NCBI GenBank assembly: GCA_965219095.1
Contig: CBDCMT010000001.1
Coordinates: 704,001 to 768,000 of the forward strand
Origin: Bdellovibrionales bacterium
GTDB taxonomy: Bacteria; Bdellovibrionota; Bdellovibrionia; Bdellovibrionales; UBA1609
Length of the DNA stretch: 64,000 bases
Direction: 5' to 3'
Shown: positions 50,546 through 60,418 of the stretch, in pieces
Numbering within the stretch: position 1 is the first letter of the stretch
How the letters are laid out: each line of letters begins with the position of its first letter
The notes under the pieces: model-generated
Databases searched by the model: none
Told to the model about the DNA's origin: nothing
What the model saw: only the letters and a program-made list of their open reading frames with translations
Position numbers and translations under genes: made by a program

Positions 50546-51064
50546 ATGTCACTAACAAATAAAGAGAAAAACATCATTGTAGTGGCTCTTCTTTTAGGAG
50601 GAGCCATTTTCATTTTAATTCTTTTTCCTCCTCATAACATATGTGACACTTATGTCGATCAGTTTAAAAAAAAATCAGAGAATTTTTTTCAAATCCACAA
50701 TAAGGCCTTTGAAACATGTAAAAAAACATCCTCTTCAGGGGGTTGCTTACTACTTTTTTCAAAGCTTTTAAGTTTTTCCCAGCACTTGCTTAACACTCCT
50801 TCTGAATGCCAAAGAGCTCTTTCTAATTCAAAAGTAAAAAAAGTTTTATGGGAAAATCTTGAACTTATAGCTCTTTTATACCCTCTAGGTTGGTTAAGTT
50901 CCTCTGATCAAGATCTTTTTTGCCAATTAAAACACTGGTCTATTAAATTCTATGGAGAAAATTCTTGGGAAAAGTTTGAATCTAAAATCACAAAAGTGAA
51001 AGTCAAAAACAATAAAGCAAGAGAAGAACACATTTTTTCTCAGCCTTGTATTGGTTTTTTTTAA
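50546..51064 (+). CDS. Hypothetical membrane-anchored Cys-containing protein
   Basis: Transmembrane segment, PPHNIC, several Cys residues. Confidence 0.7.
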   Translation: MSLTNKEKNIIVVALLLGGAIFILILFPPHNICDTYVDQFKKKSENFFQIHNKAFETCKKTSSSGGCLLLFSKLLSFSQHLLNTPSECQRALSNSKVKKVLWENLELIALLYPLGWLSSSDQDLFCQLKHWSIKFYGENSWEKFESKITKVKVKNNKAREEHIFSQPCIGFF

Positions 51065-51113
51065 CTTAGTCGTCCGTGAAAAAACCCGAAGCCTTTAAAT
51101 GTAATAGACGTTA

Positions 51114-51646
51114 TATAGTGCTTCCGTTTAAGTTTTCCGTTTTTTTTGAGTTGAGGTCTAGTTTTTATTCTAAGGCCTTGATAAAAAGTCATTTTATTTT
51201 TAAAAATAGTTTCATATGTCAGGGTTTCTATCAAAAAAAGAGCGAAAAGATTTACTCTATGAACTATCTCTAGAGAAAAATCTTAAATACGCAAAAAGGA
51301 TTATGACAATTCTCCATTTAGATAAAGGTGAGTTGTGTAAAGATATTTCCCGTTTTCTTTTCATTGATGAGGGCACGATAAGAGCCTGTAGAGATCGTTA
51401 TAACAAAGGTGGGATAGAGTGCTTAATCAACGACAATTACAACCCTAAAAGGTCCTTTTTAACTAAGAAAGAGGAGAAAATGCTTTTAAAGGAATTAGAG
51501 AAAAGAATTTTTCCATCATCACAGTCTGTCATCCAATTCATTGAGGAGAATTTTGGTGTTACGTACTTTAACAAGTGGTGTAATTGATCTTCTCCATCGC
51601 CTTGGTTTTTCTTATAGAAAAGCCACAGCGATACCAGGTAAGGTAA
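51114..51646 (+). mobile_element. IS630-family 5' fragment, truncated by IS3
   Basis: End TATAGTGCTTCCG; HTH ORF 51216..51587 then frameshifted LLHRLGFSYRKP. Confidence 0.8.
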
Positions 51647-51675
51647 TGATCTTCCCCCAAAAAAGTGGACAGTTT

Positions 51676-52527
51676 TTATGTTCTTAAAGCCCTCCTTTGT
51701 TTAAATTCTTTTGGGCTCATGTATTTCAAGGAAGAATGCATTCTTACCTTGTTATACCAATCCATGTAAATTGCAATTTTTTTTTCCAACTCTTCCTTTG
51801 TTGTACAGTCTTTGTATTCCAGTTCATCCTTCAACGTATGGAAAAAGCTCTCCACAAACGCATTATCATAACAATTTCCTTTCCTAGACATAGATTGCTT
51901 GAGGCCAAAGAATTTCAATTCTTTTCTAAACCCTTCACAACAATATTGAACCCCTTGATCCGAGTGGATTATCAAGCCCTCTAAGTTCCCAGAAACAGAT
52001 TGGACTGCGGCTCTCAGAGCCTGTTTTGAATGAACCCCGTCCAAGCTCTCACAGAGCTTCCAAGACTTAATCTCTCGATTATAGACATCTAAAAATACAA
52101 CCAAATACAGAAATTTATCTCTAAAAGGAATATAGGTTAAATCCGAACACCATACCTGGTTTTCTTTTCCTGCTTGGCTCTGTCCTGTCTTAAACAACCG
52201 AGGAGACTTAATCATGAGAGGGTTATTCTTTGTTGTTCTAGGAACATAGGGTTTTTTCTGACGGGCACTGAGATTCTTTAGTTTCATAATTCGAGCTACT
52301 TTGTTTTCTCCAGCACTCACTCCGCAACGCTTTAATTCCCTATACACCCTGGGGGAACCATAACAGCCTTTATTTTTTTTAAAAATAGATTCTATGTTTT
52401 TCTCCAGATTTTTATCCTTTTCAAGCTTTCCCCTGGTTTTTAAAAAACTATAAAAACCAGAACGAGATCCTCTTAATAATTCGCAAATGCGAAGCACTGG
52501 ATGCCCTTTCTCTTTTACATAAAACAT
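51676..52527 (-). CDS. IS3 family transposase OrfB
   Basis: WCSDLTYI, HSDQGVQY, SMSRKGNCYDNAFVESFF. Confidence 0.93.
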   Translation of the reverse strand: MFYVKEKGHPVLRICELLRGSRSGFYSFLKTRGKLEKDKNLEKNIESIFKKNKGCYGSPRVYRELKRCGVSAGENKVARIMKLKNLSARQKKPYVPRTTKNNPLMIKSPRLFKTGQSQAGKENQVWCSDLTYIPFRDKFLYLVVFLDVYNREIKSWKLCESLDGVHSKQALRAAVQSVSGNLEGLIIHSDQGVQYCCEGFRKELKFFGLKQSMSRKGNCYDNAFVESFFHTLKDELEYKDCTTKEELEKKIAIYMDWYNKVRMHSSLKYMSPKEFKQRRALRT

Positions 52528-52537
52528 AGCCTTAAAT

Positions 52538-54239
52538 CCTAAAATCCCGTTGAGTTATAACTAGGTTTGAGCTTTTTCAACAATTTAAACGCCGAAAAAA
52601 TTTCTTTTTGACGTTTTGATACTTCGGCTAAAATGATCTTATCATTTGCAAGATGGTAAACTTTAAGTTGATCAAGTGTTCTAAATAACTCCTTTTTAGT
52701 AACTTTTTTGTACAACTTTTCCTGATTCATAATCTTATCAATATGAGAAATTAAAATCAAAGCTAAAAAGTTTATAAAAACACTTCCCTTCATTGAAGTG
52801 GATGATTTTACCCTACTCCTTTTTTCAAGAATATCGTGCTTAAAAGATCTAAATAATCTTTCTATCCCATCTCTACTACGATAAAGCGATAACACATCCT
52901 TCCGATCTAAACCCCTTTCATTTGTAATAAAAATAAACTTTCCCATTTGCATAACTGCCTCTTTGAGGAAAACTTCATCTCTTTCTATAGTAACCCTTTT
53001 GTTTCTCTTCTTTACTTTAAAGAATCTTCTCTTTGACTTCATTGTTTCTTTAATATATTCTTCGGCACTTATTTCATCTTTAAAACCCTTCTCTGAAAAA
53101 ATTGATTCCAAATATGACATTTTTCTTATCAACAAACTCTCCTCCCTTGCTCTTCTTTCTTTATCTAAAAAAATATGTGCTACACACATAACTCCATTTA
53201 TTTCTACCTTAGTCCTTACATGAGAGTAAACATTTTCATTGTATAAAAAAGAGCAAATAGGTTTGCTGATTTCTTCATCAAAATCATAAACTAATTGTTT
53301 TGCTTTTCGTGTTGTAAAGACCAGTGGTAGGAGGAATTTTAGCTCTTTGTTATTCATTTCTCGTATATTTTCCTTACTATAAAAACCTCTATCCATAACA
53401 AAATAATTAACATTAAGTTTATAGTACTTAATCAGTTTAATTATGTTTTTTAAAGTTACTACATCCGATATACTTCCAGGATATATTCTATAAGCTAAAG
53501 GTAGTTGAATAGAGTTTTTCCCACGTCTACTGATAATCCCTAAATTTGTTTGACCGAGATTCTCCTTGTCACGGTTATAGCCACGTTCAACTAGTTCGTT
53601 ATTTTTAGAATAAGAAGAAATGGATGAAATATCAAACATAACTGAATATTTATTGTCCTGCTCATTAATCCAATTGCTAAAAAACACTTCAATTTGCTTT
53701 TCATTTTTTCCAATATCCAAGAGCATCTCACTTATTCTCTGGGAATCAAGCCCAATATTGGAAAAAGTATAGGTTTCCTCTTCCCATAGCGTGTATAAAT
53801 AGTAAGGATCAGCTTGGATCACTTTGTAAAATACAACAGAAAGGTATTTTTTGTAATCGTATGGAAAAACTTTTTTTAGAACTTTTGTTAAATTAATTTG
53901 ATCAGATAGATTTTTAAGTAGAAAAAAACTGCCAAATTTATAGGAACCTTTAGGAACAATAGAGTTTTTAGAAGTTAAAACAATTTTGCCTGTTTTTTCA
54001 TCCTTGCGTCCAAGATAAGTTCTTTTTTGTCTTGCTTGTTGCTTGGATTTATCCCAAAAGCTCTTGACTTCATAAACGTAAATTTTTCCTTTAATTTTTT
54101 GCTCGACTCTGTAACTCATAGTTATAATTATAACCATGGAAAAAGAGATTGCAAGAAAAAAATTTAAAAAAATCACCGTATTTTTAAGCACTTATAAGAT
54201 TTTGTCAAAATCCTAGTTATAACTTAACGGGATTTTAGG
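52538..54239 (-). mobile_element. IS1634-family element with transposase 52539..54191
   Basis: Inverted repeats CCTAAAATCCCGTT(G/A)AGTTATAACTAGG; 6-bp duplication TTAAAT; FDISS, RGYNRD, MDRGFYS, YRSRDGIERLF. Confidence 0.92.
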
Positions 54240-54246
54240 TTAAATC

Positions 54247-54552
54247 TCATTTCAGGATTTCCTTTGAAAAAAAAGCCGCTGCTTCTTTCAATATACCTAC
54301 ACTCCGCCTCTCATAGACCAGCTCCTTTTTTAACCTCTTTATTTCCTCCAATGCCGAAGCCAAGTCATGGGAAGCTTGTCTTTCTACTTCAGGCTTTAGA
54401 AAACGCTTCCAAGAGCTTATCACTTGGAAATTTCTCAGTCCTAGCTTCTCTGAGGCTTCCTTTGCACCTATTTCCTCTGCCAATTCAATGGCTTGCTTTT
54501 TAAACTCTTCCGAGTACTGTTTTACTTTTTCCATTCTTTCTTTTACCTCCAT
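54247..54552 (-). CDS. IS3 family OrfA
   Basis: YSEEFKKQAI...ILKEAAAFF. Confidence 0.9.
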   Translation of the reverse strand: MEVKERMEKVKQYSEEFKKQAIELAEEIGAKEASEKLGLRNFQVISSWKRFLKPEVERQASHDLASALEEIKRLKKELVYERRSVGILKEAAAFFSKEILK

Positions 54553-54605
54553 TTTATGGAGACTTTAAGAGAAAATTGACTGTCCGCAGAAACAGGGGAA
54601 GTTCA

Positions 54606-54939
54606 TGCTGGAAAACTGGTTTTATTGTTACGCTCTGGTCTTTTGAAACCAGTCTTTCACTCAGGTGATGAATTCATTTACCTTCGTAAGATTGTCAGTG
54701 GATATGAAGATGTGGTTAAAGCAGGAGTTCGTGTTAAAAACCAAAGATCAGCTCTATTTCGAGCTTCCCACCTTGATGCTAAGAAGCAGACACAATTAAA
54801 ACTAGCGGAAGATAAATTTGTTCTAGAAGGCTTAGATAAAGCTATCAGCGCTTATGGGGAGGAGAAAGCACGTTATGAGGCAGAGTTTAAGAGGCTAAGT
54901 AAAAAACACAAAGATATTAGAAATCTTGATAGCCTTGAT
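54606..54939 (+). pseudogene. IS110 transposase internal fragment (inverted duplicate of ~56815-57140)
   Basis: LLRSGLLKPVFHSGDEF...HKDIRNL. Confidence 0.8.
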
Positions 54940-56790
54940 CCTGAGTTCGCCCTTTAACAAACGATAAAATTCATAAGTATTTGAATATATTAGATTTTTC
55001 TGGATTGCCTCCAGATTTTAGACATACTAGGTTTTAGATGGGTTATTTTAAGTTTAGGAAGAGTTTTCTATGCGAAAAGGTTTTTTTATGTAATCTTTTT
55101 TAAATACAGCATAAATCTGTTTGGCTTCTTTGGATAAAGCTCTGGGGACAAAATAGGAGACAGAAGGTTTTTTCATTTTGTCTCCAATCACAAAAGATTC
55201 AACCTCTTTTAAAGTATCAATAAGCTCATTAAGGCTGTAATGAAGAGTAGCTTTTTTTAAAGAGAGTTCTACATACTTCAAGACAGTGTAAGCCAAAAAA
55301 CAAATAAAAAGATGAGATTTAATTCTTTCAGAGAGTCTGTGATAGATAGGACGCATCTTCAAGGTATGCTTGTTAATACGAAACAGTTCTTCAATTTTCC
55401 AAAGTGACCGGTATAATTCTAAAGGTTTCCTATTTGTTTCACATTCTATGTTAGAGCAAACTCCATAGAGGCCATCCCAAAGGCTGTCCTGAAAGATTTT
55501 ATCTGCATCTATCTGAACACTTCCTTTTAGAGTTTTAAGGTATTTTCGAACCCCACGATTACTTACTAACTTAGTGGCTGAAATTTTACCGTCTTTACAA
55601 ATTTTTTTGAGTTTTTCTAACAATCTTTGTCGTTTTTTTTCATCCTGTAATCTCCGCTTTTCACTGTAAGAAACAAATACCTTGCGATTCTTGTAGGAAA
55701 ACTCATAAACTTCAGAATTTTGGCTCTCTTTTTTAAGTTCTTTAAATTCAAAAATTTTTTCTTTTTTCTCTTTAGGTAGTTTCTTTAAAGGGCAGGATAC
55801 CACATACTCAGCCTCAATTCCTTTCTTATTTAAACTTTCAAAAAACTTAAAATTGCTATCTGAAAACATAGCTCTATCAGCCACCACACGAATTCGTTTT
55901 ACCTTATACTTCTTTACAGCTTGGTTTAAAACAAATTGCAAAGTCTTGGTCTCTGATGTGCAACCAGGAAACACCTCGTAAGCTAAAGGCAAACCCTCTG
56001 TATTGGCTAGCACAGCCAAAACCACTTGAGTTTCATTAAACTTTCCGTCCTTGCTATAACCAAAGTCCCTTAATTCTCCCTGCATGGTAGATTCAAAATA
56101 TAGGGTTGTTACATCAAACAGTAAAACATTAAAGTCCGAACCTTTGGATGCTAGAGATTCGAAAACCTTTTGCCTCAAAACATCCTCCTCTTTAAAAACT
56201 CTATCCATCATAGTCAAGACCTGTTTATGAGATATTTGTTTACTAAAGAACTTCTCTATTAGAGAACAGCTTCTTAGCTTGCTTGAAGGAGAGAAAACTC
56301 TCATAAAAACCACCTCACGGAGTACTTGGTTTATAGCCTCTTTTTTTCTTCCAGTTTCTATTAAATCTTTAAAACCTAAATCCTCCCATGCTGTTCCGAA
56401 AATGTCCTCAAAACCATGGTTATGTCTTCTCTCACCTTGGAAACGTAGGAGATCAATAGGAATCTTTTCTGAAAGGCTTGAAAGTGAAAGAAGACCCTTT
56501 TTATGTTGTTCAAGAAGCTTTTTAGCTTCTTGTTTGTATTTCTCTACGATCTTGGAATCTTTAGATTGTCCTATGGTTTTGATAATGCGATTCTTTACTT
56601 TGCCTTCTTTCCAAAAAGATTCCACAAGACGAACCACTGTGCTACCGTTTTTGCGTTTAGGACTTGTTATGTACATAATCCCCCCCCTATAAATATGAAC
56701 ATACTAAAGACATACTATGTTGTCAAGCAAAAAAATACCAATGAAATCAAATAGTTATAAATTTAATCCTTTCTTGAGGGCGAACTCAGG
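54940..56790 (-). mobile_element. IS1634-family element with transposase 55054..56676
   Basis: Inverted repeats CCTGAGTTCGCCCT; TGAT on both flanks; FDVTTLYFES, FGYSKDG, VADRAM, YRSLWKIEELFR. Confidence 0.92.
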
Positions 56791-56794
56791 TGAT

Positions 56795-57427
56795 AGAACC
56801 AATTCCTGGAATGCTATTAAGATTTCTAATATCTTTGTGTTTTTTACTTAGCCTCTTAAACTCTGCTTCATAACGTGCTTTCTCCTCCCCATAAGCGCTG
56901 ATAGCTTTATCTAAGCCTTCTAGAACAAATATATCTCTTCCGCTAGTTTTAATTGTGTCTGCTTCTTAGCATCAAGGTGGGAAGCTCGAAATAGAGCTGA
57001 TCTTTGGTTTTTAACACGAACTCCTCTTTTAACTACATCTTCATATCCACTGACAATCTTACGAAGGTAAATGAATTCATCACCTGAGTGAAAGACTGGT
57101 TTCAAAAGGCCAGAGCGTAACAATAAAACAAGTTTTTCAGCATCAATTTTATCAGTTTTAGCCCCTTCACTTAAAAGTCTGTTCCGAAGAGGATCACAGA
57201 CTATGAGCTCATCAACACTATCCTTTAATTCTGAATACAACCACTGTCGAAGTTGTAGTCTCTTCGATAGTCAATATCTTCTTACCTTTCAGGGTTTTTA
57301 AATAGGCACGAAGATTCCCAAGATCTGAAATCGTGTCCATAGTCTTAATATCTTTTGATTTGCCTGTCATCCTTGAAATGGCCATGTTACTTTGTGCCCA
57401 ATCTACGGCTATATAGTGATCATACAT
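56795..57427 (-). pseudogene. IS110 family transposase, frameshifted and truncated
   Basis: YIAVDWAQ, IEETT, KTDKIDAEKL (DEDD RuvC-like), SIPGIG HhH. Confidence 0.85.
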
Positions 57428-57789
57428 TTTATTTTCCTCCTTTGTTGGTTTGTTTATAAATAAAGTCTTGAAATCCTATTTTACATCTTTTTTTTGCTTT
57501 TTCCTTTTTTTCGAGTAAGCCTTCACAAAAATACAGGCTTAATCGAAAAAAAAGGGAAAACACACCCTTTGAGGCCTTAAAAACCAGGCCAGCTAAAGGG
57601 TTTAGAATTTGTCTCGAAAAGCTCACCTCCTTCTGCAAGTACTTTAGGGTCACTATCATGGCTTAAACCAGTGACCTGTCTTTTTGATTTACCGTTATAT
57701 GATCTGACAGTTACCCTTTCTGGGTTGATAAAAAACTGTCTGTCAGTTTGCGTTCTGTTCAATCATAAATGTGCCTAATTTCGTTTCGA

Positions 57790-58263
57790 CTATTTGGGGT
57801 TATTAGTAAGATCCCAGTAAAGAGAGTACTTTTGACCTTGAGGATTGATCTTAATTTTGTCAAGATCGACGTTGACTAGAGCTTCTTCTTTCACTTCAAT
57901 AAATTGCGTTGTTCTACTATATATTAATTCATAAATCCCTTTTTTAAGAGGCACCTCTTCGTTTAATTTTTTTGTTGTTAAGCGATAGCAACTATATTTT
58001 TTGAGAACCTCGAGAGTTCTTCCTTCGCAGGCGTAAATAGAGTATTCAGAATCTTGTCCTTCTCCTGGAACGCCATTAACCCTAAAAATCCCTCCTGTAT
58101 TTTTAGGAGGAGTTACTGCTAAGGGTGAAGCCTCCAGAGAGTGATGTGATTTTTCTAGTGAAGCTTGTAAAGTTAAGCTCGAAACTCCTTCTTCTACGAC
58201 GTCTCCATAAGAAAGTCCTCCTAAAGACATCAAAAATAAAAATGTTAGTATTAATTTTTTCAT
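57790..58263 (-). CDS. Secreted hypothetical protein (possibly truncated)
   Basis: Signal peptide and ribosome binding site AGGAGG; its 5' end is duplicated at 10098-10135 plus 11063-11119. Confidence 0.65.
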   Translation of the reverse strand: MKKLILTFLFLMSLGGLSYGDVVEEGVSSLTLQASLEKSHHSLEASPLAVTPPKNTGGIFRVNGVPGEGQDSEYSIYACEGRTLEVLKKYSCYRLTTKKLNEEVPLKKGIYELIYSRTTQFIEVKEEALVNVDLDKIKINPQGQKYSLYWDLTNNPK

Positions 58264-58407
58264 AACGTAAAATCCCTCCTTTTCTAAGTTATTTTGTTTC
58301 TTAAGTCCTGTTTTCTAATCTACATAATAAAGGAAAAGACCCTTATCCTTATGTTAAAAGCATAACCCTATATGAAAAAAAAGAAGAAATAACTTTTTGC
58401 GTTATGA

Positions 58408-58466
58408 TACCAATTACAAAATTTCAATGATTTAAAAAAATGTCGAATTAATTTTTGGAAATGGTA
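58408..58466. mobile_element. Minimal IS630 derivative consisting of two ends only
   Basis: TACCAATTACA...GTCGAATTAATTTTTGGAAATGGTA matches both ends of 28224..29631. Confidence 0.7.
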
Positions 58467-58521
58467 TAACACTTTTTATTTTGGTATTGCCTTGCAAGGC
58501 TTTCCGTTATTTTTTTAATAT

Positions 58522-58596
58522 TGGATGCGGCGGCAGGATTCGAACCTGCGAATGTCAGAATCAAAATCTGATAGCTTACCGCTTGCCGACGCCGCA
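58522..58596 (-). tRNA. tRNA-Gln (TTG)
   Basis: TGCGGCG...TCAGA-TT-TTG-AT-TCTGA...GGTTCGAATCC...CGCCGCA-T-CCA. Confidence 0.93.
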
Positions 58597-58677
58597 ACGA
58601 TTTTCTTTTACTATCTCTTATGTTCTTGATTTTTGAAATCAGAGTCAAGTCTTCTAGAAGTCTGATTAAAAAACTGA

Positions 58678-59079
58678 ACTTCCTCCTTCTCTTTTGTCTT
58701 GAATTTCATCTAACTTGATTTTGAAGTTCTCTTCTTCTGTCACTGGCAAACGAGGCTTGCGTCCTCTGCCTTCTCGATCTATCAATCCCTCGTAATCAAA
58801 GTCTACAAAAGACTGTAACCAGGATTTGACACTGTGACGATGATACAAAACCATACCTGCTGTCTCTTGAATCGATTTTCCTTTTTGCATATAGTGCAGA
58901 GCTTGGAGCTTTGTCTTGATGTTGGCACTTCTCTCCACTTTGTAAGTAGCTAGAAAATCATACCCTTGAATCTGTGTAACTAAATCTTTTTTTGACACTC
59001 TAAAAATTTAACAGAGTTTGATCAAAAAGCCAGGACGCTATGCATTAAAAAAATGTCGAATTAATTTTTGGAAATGGTA
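58678..59079 (-). pseudogene. IS630 5' fragment (same family as 28224..29631)
   Basis: Near-identical N-terminal ~105 aa and left end. Confidence 0.9.
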
Positions 59080-59310
59080 TAATTATGGTCGTCGTTCTAT
59101 TGCTGAAACGACTATGTATCGATTCAAACAACTTCTGGGATCAAAACTTAATTCAAGAAATTTTATGAATCAAGCTAATGAAGCCTTCATAAAATGCAAG
59201 ATTCTCAATCAAATGAAAACTCCTTCAGCTATCAGACTCCAAACTCAATAGAAATGATGTCACCTCAAGTGGAAACAACTTGATCTAAAACGCTTATGTA
59301 CAATAAAGCC
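59080..59310 (+). pseudogene. IS5 (IS903-like) 3' fragment
   Basis: YGRRSIAETTMYRFKQLLG...ILNQM; end ...CAATAAAGCC. Confidence 0.8.
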
Positions 59311-59404
59311 GTTAGGAACCCTCAATAGGGAGTTTTTTCATAATTGGGTTTTAAAAAATTAAAGGAAAGTATGAAATAAATTATGCAATTGTAAAAATAA
59401 GGCC

Positions 59405-60403
59405 TTAAAAATTTTCATCAAAAACTACATCTCCTGATACACCGACTTGATAGGCGGAAACTCTTCTTTCAAAAAAGTTAGCTAACTCTTGAGTGTCTTG
59501 AAGTTCCATAAAAGGAAAAGGGTTCTTTTCTTTGTACCGGGGGCGGATTCCCAAAGCCTTAAGTCTTAGATCTGAAATGTATTTTAGATAGGTTTTCATA
59601 TCATTTAAACTAAGACCTGCTACACCATTTGATAAAACATCTATAGCAAAGATTGTTTCACATTCTATAGCTTCGTCCATCATAATACAAATAAGATCTT
59701 TCATTTGAGGATTCATAAGTTCCGGTTCTTCTCTGAGAGCCGTTCTGAGCACTTCGAAGGAAAAATTAATATGAACACTCTCATCTCTAAACACCCAGTT
59801 GGTTCCTGTAGCAAGTCCATTGAGAAGACCTTTCGATCGTAAAAAATAAACATAGGCAAAGGCAGCAAAAAAGAAAAGTCCTTCAATAGCACCTGCAAAA
59901 CATATTAAGTTCATAATGAACCTTCTTTTGTCATCTTGGGTTTTGAGTGCTTTCAAATTTTCAATAGAATCCATCCATTTGAAGCTAAACTCCGCTTTTT
60001 TGCGAATGGAGTTAATGTTATGTATAGCTGCAAAAGCTTTCTGTCTTTCTTTTTCATCAGGGACGTAGTTATCTAAAAGAGTAAGGTAGAACTGTACATG
60101 TAAAGCTTCTTCGTAGAGTTGTCTTGATAGATAAAGTCTAGCTTCTGGAGAGTTAATGTGTTGATAAAGGTTTAAGACAAGGTTGTTACCTACAATGGAA
60201 TCACCTGTAGCAAAAAAAGCAACTAAGCGGTGAATAAGAAATTTTTCATTATCATTAATTTTAGAATTAAGATCGATTAGATCAGAGTTAAAATCAACTT
60301 CATCAACAGTCCAAGTGTTTTTAATAGCATTTTTGTACATCTCATAAAACACAGGGTACTTCATAGGTCTTAGTGTTAAATTAAATCCTGGATCTAAAAT
60401 CAT
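59405..60403 (-). CDS. nrdB: Ribonucleotide reductase class I beta subunit
   Basis: FFATGDSIV, EEALHVQFY, IEGLFF, RDESVH, NFFERRVSAY. Confidence 0.96.
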   Translation of the reverse strand: MILDPGFNLTLRPMKYPVFYEMYKNAIKNTWTVDEVDFNSDLIDLNSKINDNEKFLIHRLVAFFATGDSIVGNNLVLNLYQHINSPEARLYLSRQLYEEALHVQFYLTLLDNYVPDEKERQKAFAAIHNINSIRKKAEFSFKWMDSIENLKALKTQDDKRRFIMNLICFAGAIEGLFFFAAFAYVYFLRSKGLLNGLATGTNWVFRDESVHINFSFEVLRTALREEPELMNPQMKDLICIMMDEAIECETIFAIDVLSNGVAGLSLNDMKTYLKYISDLRLKALGIRPRYKEKNPFPFMELQDTQELANFFERRVSAYQVGVSGDVVFDENF

Positions 60404-60418
60404 AATCGACTCCTTTCT

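Larger units (their letters stand above)
51647..54605 (-). mobile_element. IS3-family element split by IS1634
   Basis: Ends TGATCTTCCCCC...GGACAGT and TGAACTTCCCCT...GGACAGT; orfA 54247..54552, orfB 51676..52527. Confidence 0.9.

Noticed and set aside
57429..57762. Two short minus-strand ORFs upstream of IS110
   Set aside because: No recognisable motifs; they overlap a hairpin-rich noncoding IS end.
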